This document shows positions 9,336-19,751 of a stretch of DNA of 64,000 nt, in pieces. Source of the DNA: Myxococcota bacterium. Lineage in GTDB: Bacteria; Myxococcota_A; UBA9160; SMWR01. A program made the translations under genes and the position numbers. A model generated the notes under the pieces. It ran no database searches. It was given only the letters and a program-made list of their open reading frames with translations, and had not been told where the DNA came from. The DNA lies in assembly GCA_030749415.1 (NCBI GenBank), contig JASMKC010000045.1, positions 5,897 through 69,896 on the forward strand. Reading direction: 5' to 3'. Numbering within the stretch: position 1 is the stretch's first letter; every line of letters begins with the position of its first letter.

Positions 9336-10619
9336 ATGGATCTACTCGATCTCGTCACATTTCCGACCCGCCCGCTGCGCGCGCTGTGTCGCGTCCCCGC
9401 AGATCTCGGGTCCGTGACGAGGCGAGGCGTCGAGGTCCCCTCCCAGGAACTCGGCATCTCGCAGGCGCGGGTAGAAGAGGTCTGGGACCGGGTACAGAAG
9501 CTCTACCGGACCGGCCTTTATCCCGGGATCCAGATCTGTATCCGCCGGGAGGGTCGGGTGGTTCTCCACCGCGCCATTGGGCACGCGCGGGGGAACGCTC
9601 CGGGTCAAGATTCGGCCGACAACGCGACCCTTCTCGACGTGACAACGCCTTTTACGCTCTTTTCGGCTTCGAAGGCGATCACCGCGATGTTGATCCACAA
9701 GCTCGATGAACAGCGGGTTCTTCGCCTGGATGATCGCGTCTGTGATTACGTGCCGGAGTTTGCCGCCCACGGCAAGGCCGAGATCACGTTGCGTCACATC
9801 CTGGCCCACCGGTCCGGGATCCCCCACGTGCCACCCGAGATCATGGACCTCGATCTCCTCGCCGACTCCGAGAACGTCCTCGCGGCCGTCTGCGAAGCGC
9901 GGCCCACATCGAAGGCCGGGCGCCGGCTGGCCTACCACGCGATCAGCGGCGGGTTCGTACTTCGGGCCGTCGTCGAGCGTGTCACGGGCCTCGACCTGCG
10001 TGTCGTCCTCGATCGAGAGATTCGCAGACCGCTCGGTATGCGTTGGTTCTCGTATGGTGTCGGCGCAGAAGACGTCTCACAGGTTGCCGAGAATGCCTTT
10101 ACGGGTTTCCCGCCGGTACCGCCCGTTTCGATGCTGCTCGAGCGTGCGCTTGGCATGGAGCTTCGAGAGGCGGTCGCGCTTTCGAACGATCCACGTTTTT
10201 TCGATGAGGCCATTCCGTCGGCGAACGTGGTCACGACGGCGCTGGAACTGAGTCGTTTCTACCAGTGCCTTCTCGACGGAGGAAAGTGGGAAGCAGAGCG
10301 CGTATTCGAGGCCCGCACGGTGCAGCGGGCGACCGCCGAGCAGAGCTTCATGGAGCTCGACTTCACGCTGGGTCTTCCCATTCGCTACGGACTGGGTTTC
10401 ATGCTCGGAGCCAAGAACCTGAGTCTCTACGGTTCCGATACCCCCGAGGCCTTTGGCCACGTGGGCCTCACCAATATTTTCTCCTGGGCGGATCCCGAGA
10501 GACAGATCGCAGTCGCCATCCTGACGAGCGGGAAGCCGTTCATCAGCCTCGATGTTCTCCGGGTCTTTCAGGTCGAAAGCGCGATCGGGCGGTCGTTCCC
10601 AAAACTCGTGGCGGCATGA
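9336..10619 (+). CDS. Serine hydrolase, beta-lactamase class C / LipE-like
   Basis: SxxK motif FSASK, LRHILAHRSG, YHA, FGHVG. Confidence 0.85.
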   Translation: MDLLDLVTFPTRPLRALCRVPADLGSVTRRGVEVPSQELGISQARVEEVWDRVQKLYRTGLYPGIQICIRREGRVVLHRAIGHARGNAPGQDSADNATLLDVTTPFTLFSASKAITAMLIHKLDEQRVLRLDDRVCDYVPEFAAHGKAEITLRHILAHRSGIPHVPPEIMDLDLLADSENVLAAVCEARPTSKAGRRLAYHAISGGFVLRAVVERVTGLDLRVVLDREIRRPLGMRWFSYGVGAEDVSQVAENAFTGFPPVPPVSMLLERALGMELREAVALSNDPRFFDEAIPSANVVTTALELSRFYQCLLDGGKWEAERVFEARTVQRATAEQSFMELDFTLGLPIRYGLGFMLGAKNLSLYGSDTPEAFGHVGLTNIFSWADPERQIAVAILTSGKPFISLDVLRVFQVESAIGRSFPKLVAA

Positions 10620-10735
10620 TGCGCCGGTCTGGGAAGCATCGAGCAAACAGCCCTCGGTGACACGCGCGGCGCCATGGTTGCCTTTTGTCTGCGCAATGAA
10701 GCCGGCGGCTTCTTGCAGTGGGGCCGTTTCGTTGC

Positions 10736-10963
10736 CCATGGCACGCCGAACCCGGCGCTGCGGAGCATCGAAAGGTGGTTGTCGCCGTCGCCGACCATGC
10801 GGCTGAGCATCACCACCGGGTGTTCAGAGTGCGTATCGAGAGAATCCGCGCAGGCGATGACGTCGCGGTTGGCTTCGACGTATCCGCGCTGGAACGGATG
10901 CAGGGGCTCGGGCTGCTTTCAGAGCATGTCCATCCGCGCCCCGGGCGAGTCGCTGTAGACAAG
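10736..10963 (-). pseudogene. Possible HAD-superfamily remnant
   Basis: Minus-strand reading ...RDVIACADS...MVGDGDNHLSMLRSAGFGVPW resembles HAD motif IV (GDGxND.SML..AGxG); in-frame TGA near 10919. Confidence 0.3.
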
Positions 10964-11532
10964 GGGGGAGCCAGAGCGCCTCAACAAGCCCAGGGCGGGC
11001 CGGTAGAACTCCGGGGCAAAGTAGCCCTTATGCGTCATTTCACCGTGAGCCGCCGGGTGGCGGTGGAGGTGGCGACGGTACACGGGGGCGGGCACGCTCG
11101 GTGAGCCGAAAAGCCCAGAGGGGAGAGCCAGGAATGCCTCTCGGACCGCCCGCTTGGAGATCTTCCCGTGTCAAAGTACCTTAGCAACGTTTCCAAGTGG
11201 CTACTTCTGCGCTCCGGCTGAACCAACGGTCGCACAAAGGCTGCGCCGATTTGAGAGATGCTCTCCCAATGCCCTATCCCACCGTCGCCACCGAAGGGAA
11301 GCCTCGAGCCCTACATCGGCGAGCCAGAGGAATGGGAACGGCCATTCTTTTCGGATTGGCGAGACGGGCGACCGGGGAGGGGGTGCACGAGGAGCGCTCC
11401 GGGCTTGCCTCGAAGGCGGGTGCTTCTGCGCTCGACGTTGGCCACACCGCTGATGCCCGCACTCCTCGTCTTCATGTGCGTGAGCCTCGCCCACCGCGGT
11501 GCGGCCGCGGCGCTCACACCATTCGGGGCCGC

Positions 11533-12903
11533 TTGCGTCGCATTGAACGGGTGCTGGGGTCGGCGCTGCTGCTCTCTGGCGTAGCCGTACAGGCCTTGCC
11601 CACCTCGTCAGCCCGAGCCCAGCCCAGCGCAGACCAGCCCAGCGCAGATCAGCCCAGTGCGGATCATGATTCGGTTGTGACGGAGGCGGATCTTGTCGGC
11701 CCGCTGTCGCCCAACCTACTTGTGCAGTACGCGGCCGAGCACAACCCCGCCATCCGCGCTGCGCGCTTCGCATGGGAGGCAACCAGGGAGCGAATCACCG
11801 TAGAGAGCTGGTACGAAAACCCAATGCTCACTTACACGCCGGACACGGGCTCCATGCCGCAAACTCGGGCGGGCCCTCAGGCCAACGGCGTGAAGGTATC
11901 TCAGGCCATCCCCTTCCCGGGGAAGCTCACGACTCGCGGCCGGGTCGAGGAGGCGCGAGCCGATGCGACCTACCAGGTCCTCGAGGCGACCACTCAAGAG
12001 ATCTCGCGCCAGATCCGAGCAAGGTATGCCGAGTTCTACTTGGCTGCACGCTCGCTTGTGATCAACGACGAGATTACCGATCTGACCCGCCAGTTCTCCG
12101 ACATCGCCCAGGCGAAGTACCAGGTCGGGACCGCGGCGCTGCAAGACGTGATCCTCGCGCAGGAGAAGCTGAGCCGCCTGGCGACCGACGACGTCGAATA
12201 CCGGGGGGACTTCGAGACGGCCATCGGTGCTCTGAACGCGCTCCTCGATCGCCCACCTCGGGCCCCGCTGGGACCTCCCGGGGAGCCGGACGTGAAACCG
12301 CTCACTATCTCGCTCGCACGCCTCATCGAAGCGGCCGATGAGTACCGTCCGGAACTCCTCTCGCAGGACCACACCATCGAAGCGAGCCGTCAATCCCTGC
12401 GGCTCGCGTGGCTGGAATACCTGCCGGACCTGAAGCTTGAAGGTGAGTGGGTCGAGGTGGAGGGCGGCACGAACCCTACTTTCTCCGGTGACGGCGACGA
12501 CATCTGGATGGTGAAGCTCGGCTTCTCGGTTCCCTTGTGGCTGAACCGCATCGGTGCCGAAACGAGCGAGATGGAAGCCCGGCTGCAGCGCGAAAAGTCT
12601 TTCCGGCGAAACCTGAGAAACCAAGTCCTAGATCAGGTGCAGCGGCAGTACGAGCGCGTGCTCGTTGCCGTTCGTACCGAGGAAATCTACCGGAGGACGC
12701 TGATGCCCCAGACCGCCGAGCGCGTCGCAGCCGCACGCGCCGGTTATCAGACGGGGGAGGTGGATTTCCTCACGTTGATCGATAGCCTCAAATCTCTCGA
12801 GGAAGTCTGGCTGCAGCGCGACGGTGCGGTGCGCGACTACGAACAAGGCGTTGCGGGCCTCGAGCGAGCTGTCGGCCAGCCGCTCTCGGATCTGGTTCCG
12901 TAG
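11533..12903 (+). CDS. TolC-family outer membrane efflux protein (CusC/CzcC-like role)
   Basis: Signal-peptide-like N-terminus, AAEHNPAIRAA, SQAIPFPGKL, YQTGEVDFLTLID; first gene of the RND operon. Start uncertain (TTG 11533 or GTG 11551). Confidence 0.85.
   Translation: MRRIERVLGSALLLSGVAVQALPTSSARAQPSADQPSADQPSADHDSVVTEADLVGPLSPNLLVQYAAEHNPAIRAARFAWEATRERITVESWYENPMLTYTPDTGSMPQTRAGPQANGVKVSQAIPFPGKLTTRGRVEEARADATYQVLEATTQEISRQIRARYAEFYLAARSLVINDEITDLTRQFSDIAQAKYQVGTAALQDVILAQEKLSRLATDDVEYRGDFETAIGALNALLDRPPRAPLGPPGEPDVKPLTISLARLIEAADEYRPELLSQDHTIEASRQSLRLAWLEYLPDLKLEGEWVEVEGGTNPTFSGDGDDIWMVKLGFSVPLWLNRIGAETSEMEARLQREKSFRRNLRNQVLDQVQRQYERVLVAVRTEEIYRRTLMPQTAERVAAARAGYQTGEVDFLTLIDSLKSLEEVWLQRDGAVRDYEQGVAGLERAVGQPLSDLVP
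11620..11664 (+). repeat. 15-bp tandem repeat x3 encoding QPSAD linker
   Basis: cagcccagcgcagac / cagcccagcgcagat / cagcccagtgcggat. Confidence 0.85.
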
Positions 12904-12905
12904 CC

Positions 12906-14312
12906 GTGAAAGCAGATGGCATGAACAAAGCAATCACACTCGTCGCATTGGTTTCGATGGCCATCCTGCTGTCGGCCTGTTCGGAGGGACCGGCCTCGAA
13001 GACAAAGGGGCCGGCTGCGTCGGCCTCAAAGACAGAGGCGCCGGCTGACGCCAGAGCCGAGCGAAAGATCCTGTACTGGAAGTCGGCCATGGATCCCACC
13101 TTCGTCTCCAAGAGTCCCGGGAAGGACAAGATGGGCATGGATCTCATGCCGGTCTACGAAGGGGCCGAGTCGCAGGACCCAGCGGAAGCCGTGCGCATCG
13201 ATCCGGCAACCGTGCAGAACATCGGAGTCACCACCGCGGTCGTGGAGCGCAAGCGCCTCACGCGCGAGGTCCGGACCGTGGGCCGCATCGACTACGACGA
13301 GACTACAGTCCGCCACATCGCACCGAAGATCGGCGGCTGGATCGAGGCTCAACACGTGAACTTCGCCGGTCAGGTGGTACAACGCGGTGAGCCCCTTCTC
13401 GAAATCTACAGCCCCGAACTGGTCGCAACCCAGGAGGAATACCTGATTGCGCTGCGCTACCAGAATGTTCTCAGTGAGAGCTCACTGAAGGACAGCTTGG
13501 CGGGAGCGGACGACATCGTGCGCGCAGCCGAGACGAGGCTGCGGTATTGGAACATCACCGACCGCCAGATCAAAGCGCTGCGCGAGCGAGGCGAACTCAC
13601 GCGCACCATGGTTCTCTACGCTCCATTTCGCGGGATCATCGTGGAGCGAAACATCCCGGAGGGCGGCTTCCTCGAGCCGGGGCAGACGGTCTACTCGATC
13701 GCCGACCTCTCCACCATCTGGGTCTACGCCGATATCTACGAATACGAGGCGCCATGGTTGATGATCGGCCAGAAGGCGACGATGACACTCGCCTACGAAC
13801 CAGGGAAAACCTATCGGGGCGCTGTCACATACGTGTACCCCTACCTCAACAACAAGACACGGACGATCGAGGTCCGGATGGAGTTTCCCAATACCTCAGA
13901 CCTCCATCTGAAGATCGATATGTGGGCGAATGTCGTGCTGAAGAGCGAGGTCGCGCGCGAGGGGCTGGCCATTCCGATCCAGGCGGTGATGCGAACGGGT
14001 CAACGCAACGTCGCCATTATCGCGCTGGGAGGGGGTCGATTCGAACCCCGGGACATCCAACTCGGCGCGCAGGCCGGTGATGAGTTCGAGGTCCTCGACG
14101 GTCTCGCGGAGGGCGATCAGATCGTCACCTCCGCCAATTTCCTCATCAACTCCGAGAGCAATCTCGGAGCGGCAAGGCGCAAGATGCTCAGTGCGAACGC
14201 GCCAGCGACTCCGCCGAAGAACGCTGAGGGAGCGACCCAGGAACAAGCGCCCGCCGCCGAGCCCAGCAAGGGCACTCCTGCCGCTGGGCAACCCGGGCGC
14301 GGTCAGGAATAG
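12906..14312 (+). CDS. cusB: RND periplasmic adaptor subunit, Cu/Ag type
   Basis: Met-rich heavy-metal-binding segment YWKSAMDPTFVSKSPGKDKMGMDLMPVY; GRIDYDE, YSPELVATQEEYL, VTSANFLINSES. Confidence 0.88.
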   Translation: MKADGMNKAITLVALVSMAILLSACSEGPASKTKGPAASASKTEAPADARAERKILYWKSAMDPTFVSKSPGKDKMGMDLMPVYEGAESQDPAEAVRIDPATVQNIGVTTAVVERKRLTREVRTVGRIDYDETTVRHIAPKIGGWIEAQHVNFAGQVVQRGEPLLEIYSPELVATQEEYLIALRYQNVLSESSLKDSLAGADDIVRAAETRLRYWNITDRQIKALRERGELTRTMVLYAPFRGIIVERNIPEGGFLEPGQTVYSIADLSTIWVYADIYEYEAPWLMIGQKATMTLAYEPGKTYRGAVTYVYPYLNNKTRTIEVRMEFPNTSDLHLKIDMWANVVLKSEVAREGLAIPIQAVMRTGQRNVAIIALGGGRFEPRDIQLGAQAGDEFEVLDGLAEGDQIVTSANFLINSESNLGAARRKMLSANAPATPPKNAEGATQEQAPAAEPSKGTPAAGQPGRGQE

Positions 14313-14317
14313 CCGCG

Positions 14318-17300
14318 GTGCTCGAGAAGATCATCGAAGCCTCGGTCCGAAACCAGCTGTTGGTGCTCCTCTTCACCGCCACGGCCATCGCCACCGGCCT
14401 TTATGCGTTCTGGAACATCCCCATCGATGCGCTCCCGGACGTGAGCGACGTCCAGGTCATCGTCTTCACCGAGTGGCAGGGCCAGCCGCCCCAGATCGTC
14501 GAAGACCAGGTTACCTATCCGATCACGACGACCATGCTGTCGGTCGCCAACGCAAGGGTCGTACGCGGCTACTCATTCTTTGGCCTCTCGTTCGTGTACG
14601 TCATCTTCAACGACGGCACCGACGTCTACTGGGCGCGCAGCCGCGTGCTCGAGTACCTGAGCTTCGTACAGAACCAGTTGCCGCCTGGGGTCACCCCGGT
14701 TCTAGGCCCGGACGCCACGCCCGTCGGCTGGATCTTCGAATACGCGCTGATCGATCGCTCCGGAAAGAACGACCTGTCGGAGCTGCGGAGCATTCAGGAC
14801 TGGTACGTGCGTTACCAACTCCTGGCGGTTCCGGGCGTTGCCAACGTGGCAACCGCCGGCGGCTTCGTAAAGCAGTACCAGGTGACCATCGACCCGAATC
14901 GACTGCTCGCCTACGACCTGCCCCTCGCCACGGTTGTCCAAGCGATCCGCCGCAGCAATAACGACGTGGGAGGACGCGTCGTCGAGTATGCGGAAACCGA
15001 GTACATGGTCGAGGGAATCGGCTACATCGAGCACGTCGGGGACGTCGAGAAGATCCCAGTCGGAGTGGACGACACGGGGACGCCGATCCTGATACGCGAC
15101 ATCGCCGACGTGGGACTCGGGCCCGACGTACGCCGTGGCGCAATTCAACTCGATACCGATGGCGAGGCGGTAATCGGGATCATCGAGATGCGGTATTGGA
15201 ACAACGCCCTTGCCGTGATCAACGCCGTAAAGGAGAAGCTCAAATCAATTGCGCCTGGGTTGCCGGAGGGAGTGGAAGTCGTCCCGATCTACGATCGCTC
15301 CGCGCTGATCGCCCGTGCCCAGGAGATGCTCAACAAGAAGCTCCTGGAGGAGAGCATCATCGTCGCGGCGATTTGCGCCATATTCCTCCTGCACCTGCGG
15401 TCTGCCTTCGTCGCGATCTTCACGCTACCCGTGGGAATCCTGATTGCAATTGCGATCATGTACTTCCAGGGACTGGCGGCGAACATCATGTCGCTCGGCG
15501 GGATTGCGATCGCGATCGGCGCCATGGTGGACGGCGCCATCGTGATGATCGAGAACGCCCACAAGCATCTCGAGCGCGATGGAGGGAAGAAGCCGCACTG
15601 GGAGATCATCGTGGATTCCAGCCGCGAGGTGGGGCCAGCGCTGTTCTTCTCTCTGATGATCATTGCGGTCTCGTTTCTTCCGGTCTTCGCGCTGACCGGG
15701 CAATCGGGTCGGATGTTCTCCCCGCTTGCCTTCACCAAGACCTACGCGATGGCGTCCGCCGCGGTCCTCGCCATCACGGTGGTGCCTGTCCTCATGGGGT
15801 ACTTGATCCGCGGGCGAATTCCTCGCGAAGATCAGAATCCCATCAACCGCTTCTTGATCTGGGCGTATCGCCCTCTGCTCCACGGAGCGCTTCGCTTCCG
15901 GTGGCTGATCCTCGGCGTGGCGATCGCGATCCTCGTGGCGACGTACTTTCCCCTCTCGCGATTGGGCTCGGAGTTCATCCCGCCGTTGAATGAGGGCGAT
16001 CTTCTCTACATGCCGTCGATGCTTCCAGGCGTGTCGATCGCGGAGGGGACGGCGGTAGCAGCGCAGACGAATCGGCTGATCATGACGGTGCCCGAGGTGA
16101 AGCACGCGTTGGCGAAGCTCGGTCGGGCGCGCACACCTCTCGATCCCGCTCCTCTCGAGATGCTCGAGACCACGGTGATTCTGAAGCCCAAGGAGGAATG
16201 GCGGAAGGGAATGACCATCGAGGATGTCGTCACCGAGCTGGACGATCTGATCGTATTCCCCGGCGTCACGAACGCCTGGACGATGCCAATCAAGACACGG
16301 ATCGACATGCTGTCGACGGGCATCAAGACACCGGTGGGCATCAAGATCACTGGCCCGGATCTCTCGGTTCTCGAGGAAATCGGCAAGCAGATCGAGCCCC
16401 TCGTTCGAGGCATTCCGGGCACCCGGAGTGTGTACGCCGAACGGGTCGCCGGTGGCTACTACTTGTCGTTCGTGGTGAAGCGGCTGGAAGCTGCCCGATA
16501 CGGACTGACGGTGCAGGACGTGCTCGACGTGATCCAGTCCGCCATCGGTGGCATGAACGTGACGACCACGATCGAGGGCCTGGAACGCTATCCGTTGAAC
16601 GTCCGCTATTCGCGCGAGCTGCGCGACAGTCCCGAGTCATTGCGCCGAGTCCTTTTGGCAACGCCGACAGGTGCGCATGTGCCGCTGGGTCAGGTGGCGG
16701 ATATCTTTCCACGAATGGGACCTCCCTCCATCAAGACCGAGGGAGCGCAACCTCAGGCCTGGATCTACGTGGACATCAACCCGGATCAGGATCTGGGAGG
16801 CTACGTAGATCGAGCGCGCACTACGGTGGATGAGAAGATCAGCCTCCCACCGGGCTACACGATCCAATGGAGCGGACAGTACGAGTACATGGAGCAGGCG
16901 AACGCCCGCCTGAAGGTCGTGCTGCCGATCACGCTGATAATCATCTTCCTGCTGCTCTATCTGAACTTCCAGAATGTCGTAGAGGTCGCCATCGTGATGC
17001 TGGCGCTTCCCTTCGCCGTCATCGGGGGCATCTGGTTCATGTGGCTGCTCGACTACAACCTGAGCGTCGCGGTGATGGTGGGCTTCATCGCGCTCTCAGG
17101 CGTCGCCACCGAGATTGGAGTGGTGATGATCCTCTATCTGGACCATGCGTACGAGGCGAAGCGTGCCCAGGTTTCCAAGATGACTACAGAGGACCTCTAC
17201 GAAGCTGTCACGGCGGGGGCCGTCGAACGGGTGCGTCCGATCGTGATGACGGCGAGCGCCGTCATCGCCGGGCTTCTCCCGATCATGTGGAGCGACGAGA

Positions 17301-17479
17301 CCGGGGCGCGGGTGATGAAGCGGATCGCAGCGCCCATGGTCGGCGGGATGCTCTCGGCGACAATTCTCGCGCTCCTGCTCCTTCCCATCGTCTACGAGAT
17401 CTGGCGGGCGTGGCAGCTGCGTCGGGAGGCCAAGCAGGAGGCCAAGCGGGAGGGCGAGGCTCCGGCCCCGGCTCAGTAG
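14318..17479 (+). CDS. cusA: CusA/SilA-type heavy-metal efflux RND permease
   Basis: 1053 aa; IDALPDVSDVQV, LGPDATPVGW, SLGGIAIAIGAMVDGAIVMIEN, DPAPLEMLET, NAWTMPIKTRIDMLSTG, RVRPIVMT. Confidence 0.95.
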   Translation: MLEKIIEASVRNQLLVLLFTATAIATGLYAFWNIPIDALPDVSDVQVIVFTEWQGQPPQIVEDQVTYPITTTMLSVANARVVRGYSFFGLSFVYVIFNDGTDVYWARSRVLEYLSFVQNQLPPGVTPVLGPDATPVGWIFEYALIDRSGKNDLSELRSIQDWYVRYQLLAVPGVANVATAGGFVKQYQVTIDPNRLLAYDLPLATVVQAIRRSNNDVGGRVVEYAETEYMVEGIGYIEHVGDVEKIPVGVDDTGTPILIRDIADVGLGPDVRRGAIQLDTDGEAVIGIIEMRYWNNALAVINAVKEKLKSIAPGLPEGVEVVPIYDRSALIARAQEMLNKKLLEESIIVAAICAIFLLHLRSAFVAIFTLPVGILIAIAIMYFQGLAANIMSLGGIAIAIGAMVDGAIVMIENAHKHLERDGGKKPHWEIIVDSSREVGPALFFSLMIIAVSFLPVFALTGQSGRMFSPLAFTKTYAMASAAVLAITVVPVLMGYLIRGRIPREDQNPINRFLIWAYRPLLHGALRFRWLILGVAIAILVATYFPLSRLGSEFIPPLNEGDLLYMPSMLPGVSIAEGTAVAAQTNRLIMTVPEVKHALAKLGRARTPLDPAPLEMLETTVILKPKEEWRKGMTIEDVVTELDDLIVFPGVTNAWTMPIKTRIDMLSTGIKTPVGIKITGPDLSVLEEIGKQIEPLVRGIPGTRSVYAERVAGGYYLSFVVKRLEAARYGLTVQDVLDVIQSAIGGMNVTTTIEGLERYPLNVRYSRELRDSPESLRRVLLATPTGAHVPLGQVADIFPRMGPPSIKTEGAQPQAWIYVDINPDQDLGGYVDRARTTVDEKISLPPGYTIQWSGQYEYMEQANARLKVVLPITLIIIFLLLYLNFQNVVEVAIVMLALPFAVIGGIWFMWLLDYNLSVAVMVGFIALSGVATEIGVVMILYLDHAYEAKRAQVSKMTTEDLYEAVTAGAVERVRPIVMTASAVIAGLLPIMWSDETGARVMKRIAAPMVGGMLSATILALLLLPIVYEIWRAWQLRREAKQEAKREGEAPAPAQ

Positions 17480-17669
17480 ATGCGGCATAGAGACGGGGAT
17501 CGGGCGCCGGAGGCCCTTCGGTCTCTGGGCACGGTTGTTGGCGAAATCGAAGTCCTCGATCTGAACGAGAACCGGATCGCGGAACGCGCGAACCCTGCCT
17601 GCCGCCATGTGCCGATCACTCGGAGCCGAGTCCCCATTTTTTCTCGGTCCACGACTTCTCTCTTCCAGC

Positions 17670-19748
17670 TCAGCCCTTCTGATCGAGGACGTAATCCCCA
17701 GCATCATCGATCATCGCGGTCCAACCGGGATACACGACAATCGTCGTAAAGGATTCCTCGATGATGCCCGGGCCGCAGATCGTATGCCCCGGCTTCAGAT
17801 CCGCCCCCCGGTAGATTCCGGTCTCCACAAGACCCCGACCGAGATTGGCCTTCCGAGTTCCACCGGGGAGTGCGGCTTCCTGTTTCGCAGTGAAGCCTTC
17901 GCCGAAGATCGGCCTCGTGATTTCAGCTGAAGCCTGGAGACGGACACCGGCAATCTCCGGTACCTCTTCCTCGCGCCGATGCCCATAAGATGCCTCGTGC
18001 TCCCGATGGAAACCCTCGACGACCTCCTCGAAGAGTTCATCGCTCACGAAGGAAAGATCGCGTGCACCCTCGATCTCCTCCACATCGACCACGAGTGCAA
18101 AATTCTGCCCCGGATAGCGAAGATTGATTTGATAGAGGACCGTCATGTCGTCCCGCTTGAATCCAGCTGCAATAAAGTAGGCCTCGGCCCGCTCATCCAA
18201 CTCGCGCCACAGATCGCTCAGTTTCCCCGGATCGGCTGCAGTGGCGGAAACCAGATAGGCGCGCTCTTCGTCGATGGTGGGCTTCGCCGCCAACGCACCC
18301 AAGGCAGAGAAGGTGGGCGAAGACCTCGGAACAAGAACCCGCCTGATGCCCAGCTCTTCGGCCTGAATGGCCGCGAAGGCGGGGCCATTGCCCCCATATG
18401 CCAGGAGCGTGAGACTCTTCGGATCGATCCCCTTGCCGGCAGTCATGCGCCTCACGGCCTGGGTCATGTTGGCATTCACCACACGCAGGGAGTTGAAGGC
18501 CGCCGCCTCGACACTGCAGTTCAGGGGAGCAGCAATCTGCTCCTGAAAGGCCTCGGCGACTCCATCGCGTGTCAATTCAAAGCGGCCGCCCGCAAACTCC
18601 GATCCCGCCTCGAGGATCCCGAGCATGAGAATCGCGTCGGTCACAGTTGGGCGCGTCCCGCCGCGGCCATAACAGATCGGCCCCGGATCGGCACCGGCAC
18701 TCTCGGGTCCCACCTCCAGCGTTCCGTTCTTGACCACGCAAATCGAACCTCCACCCGCTCCAAGCGTCTCCACACCCACCATGGGCACACCGATGAGATT
18801 TCGGTGATGCCAGTTCCAGCCCACTTCGGCCGGCGCCGATGCACCGATCACTACCGAGACGTCATAACTGGTGCCCCCCATATCGACACATAGGAGATCC
18901 GGTGAGTGCTTCGCTTCGGCGACACAGGCTGCGCCTACGACACCACCCGCTGGACCCGAGGCCAGAACCCGGATCGGGCTCCCGCGCAGATACTCGCGCG
19001 TCATCACTCCGCCGCTGGATTGCATGACCAGAAGCTGGCGCCCATAACCGGCCTCCTTCAGCCGATCCTCCAATCGATCCAGATAATGCGAAACACTCGG
19101 ACCCAGATACGCATTCACCACCGTGGTGCTGGTGCGATCGAACTCGGGTGCCCGAGGCAAGACTTCGGATGAGAGCGAGATTGCGACATCGGGCATCTCC
19201 TCCCGAACGAGTTCAGCGAGCCTGCGCTCATGAATCGAGTTCGCAAACGAAAAGAGCAACGAAATTGCAACCGACTCGACATTCTGCAACTTCAGACGAC
19301 GGATGGCCTTCCGAGCTGCCGCCTCGTCCAATGCTTTGAAGATGGAGCCATCGGATAGAATGCGTTCCGGAACTGTGAGGCGCCGCCGGCGGGGAACGAC
19401 GAAGTCCGGTGCCGACAGGCGCACATCCCAGATATCCTCCTTGAAACCGCGGCGCAGTTCGAGTTCGTCGCGGAAGCCCTCGGTCGTGAGAAGCCCGGTC
19501 ACGGCGCCATTCATCTGAATCAAGGTATTGTCCGCAACCGTCGTCCCGTGAACGATGGCCTCGACCTCCGCCAGAAAATCGCCCAGCGTGCGCCCCTCGC
19601 ATTCTGCGAGCTTCGCCAACCCATCCATCACAGCCAATGAGTGATCCCGGGGTGTGCTGAGGGTCTTGTCGAGGACGACGCCGTCATCCTTCAAGAGGGC
19701 AAAGTCGGTGAAGGTGCCACCGATGTCGATCCCAAGACGGTAGGCCAC
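17670..19748 (-). CDS. Hydantoinase/oxoprolinase A subunit
   Basis: GIDIGGTFTD, HGTTVADN, SGPAGGV, DMGGTSYDVS, GAGGGS, GPESAGADPGPICYGRGG. Confidence 0.92.
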   Translation of the reverse strand: MAYRLGIDIGGTFTDFALLKDDGVVLDKTLSTPRDHSLAVMDGLAKLAECEGRTLGDFLAEVEAIVHGTTVADNTLIQMNGAVTGLLTTEGFRDELELRRGFKEDIWDVRLSAPDFVVPRRRRLTVPERILSDGSIFKALDEAAARKAIRRLKLQNVESVAISLLFSFANSIHERRLAELVREEMPDVAISLSSEVLPRAPEFDRTSTTVVNAYLGPSVSHYLDRLEDRLKEAGYGRQLLVMQSSGGVMTREYLRGSPIRVLASGPAGGVVGAACVAEAKHSPDLLCVDMGGTSYDVSVVIGASAPAEVGWNWHHRNLIGVPMVGVETLGAGGGSICVVKNGTLEVGPESAGADPGPICYGRGGTRPTVTDAILMLGILEAGSEFAGGRFELTRDGVAEAFQEQIAAPLNCSVEAAAFNSLRVVNANMTQAVRRMTAGKGIDPKSLTLLAYGGNGPAFAAIQAEELGIRRVLVPRSSPTFSALGALAAKPTIDEERAYLVSATAADPGKLSDLWRELDERAEAYFIAAGFKRDDMTVLYQINLRYPGQNFALVVDVEEIEGARDLSFVSDELFEEVVEGFHREHEASYGHRREEEVPEIAGVRLQASAEITRPIFGEGFTAKQEAALPGGTRKANLGRGLVETGIYRGADLKPGHTICGPGIIEESFTTIVVYPGWTAMIDDAGDYVLDQKG

Positions 19749-19751
19749 CGA

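Noticed and set aside
11140-11200. TTGACA-containing segment with a weak TTGGA/TCCAA inverted repeat as a possible CueR/MerR box
   Set aside because: TTGACA is on the strand facing away from the efflux operon and no 19-bp-spacer dyad could be fitted
17480-17669. Protein-like minus-strand stretch AFRDPVLVQIEDFDFANNRAQRP between cusA and the hydantoinase
   Set aside because: May be another remnant, but I cannot assign a family or a start
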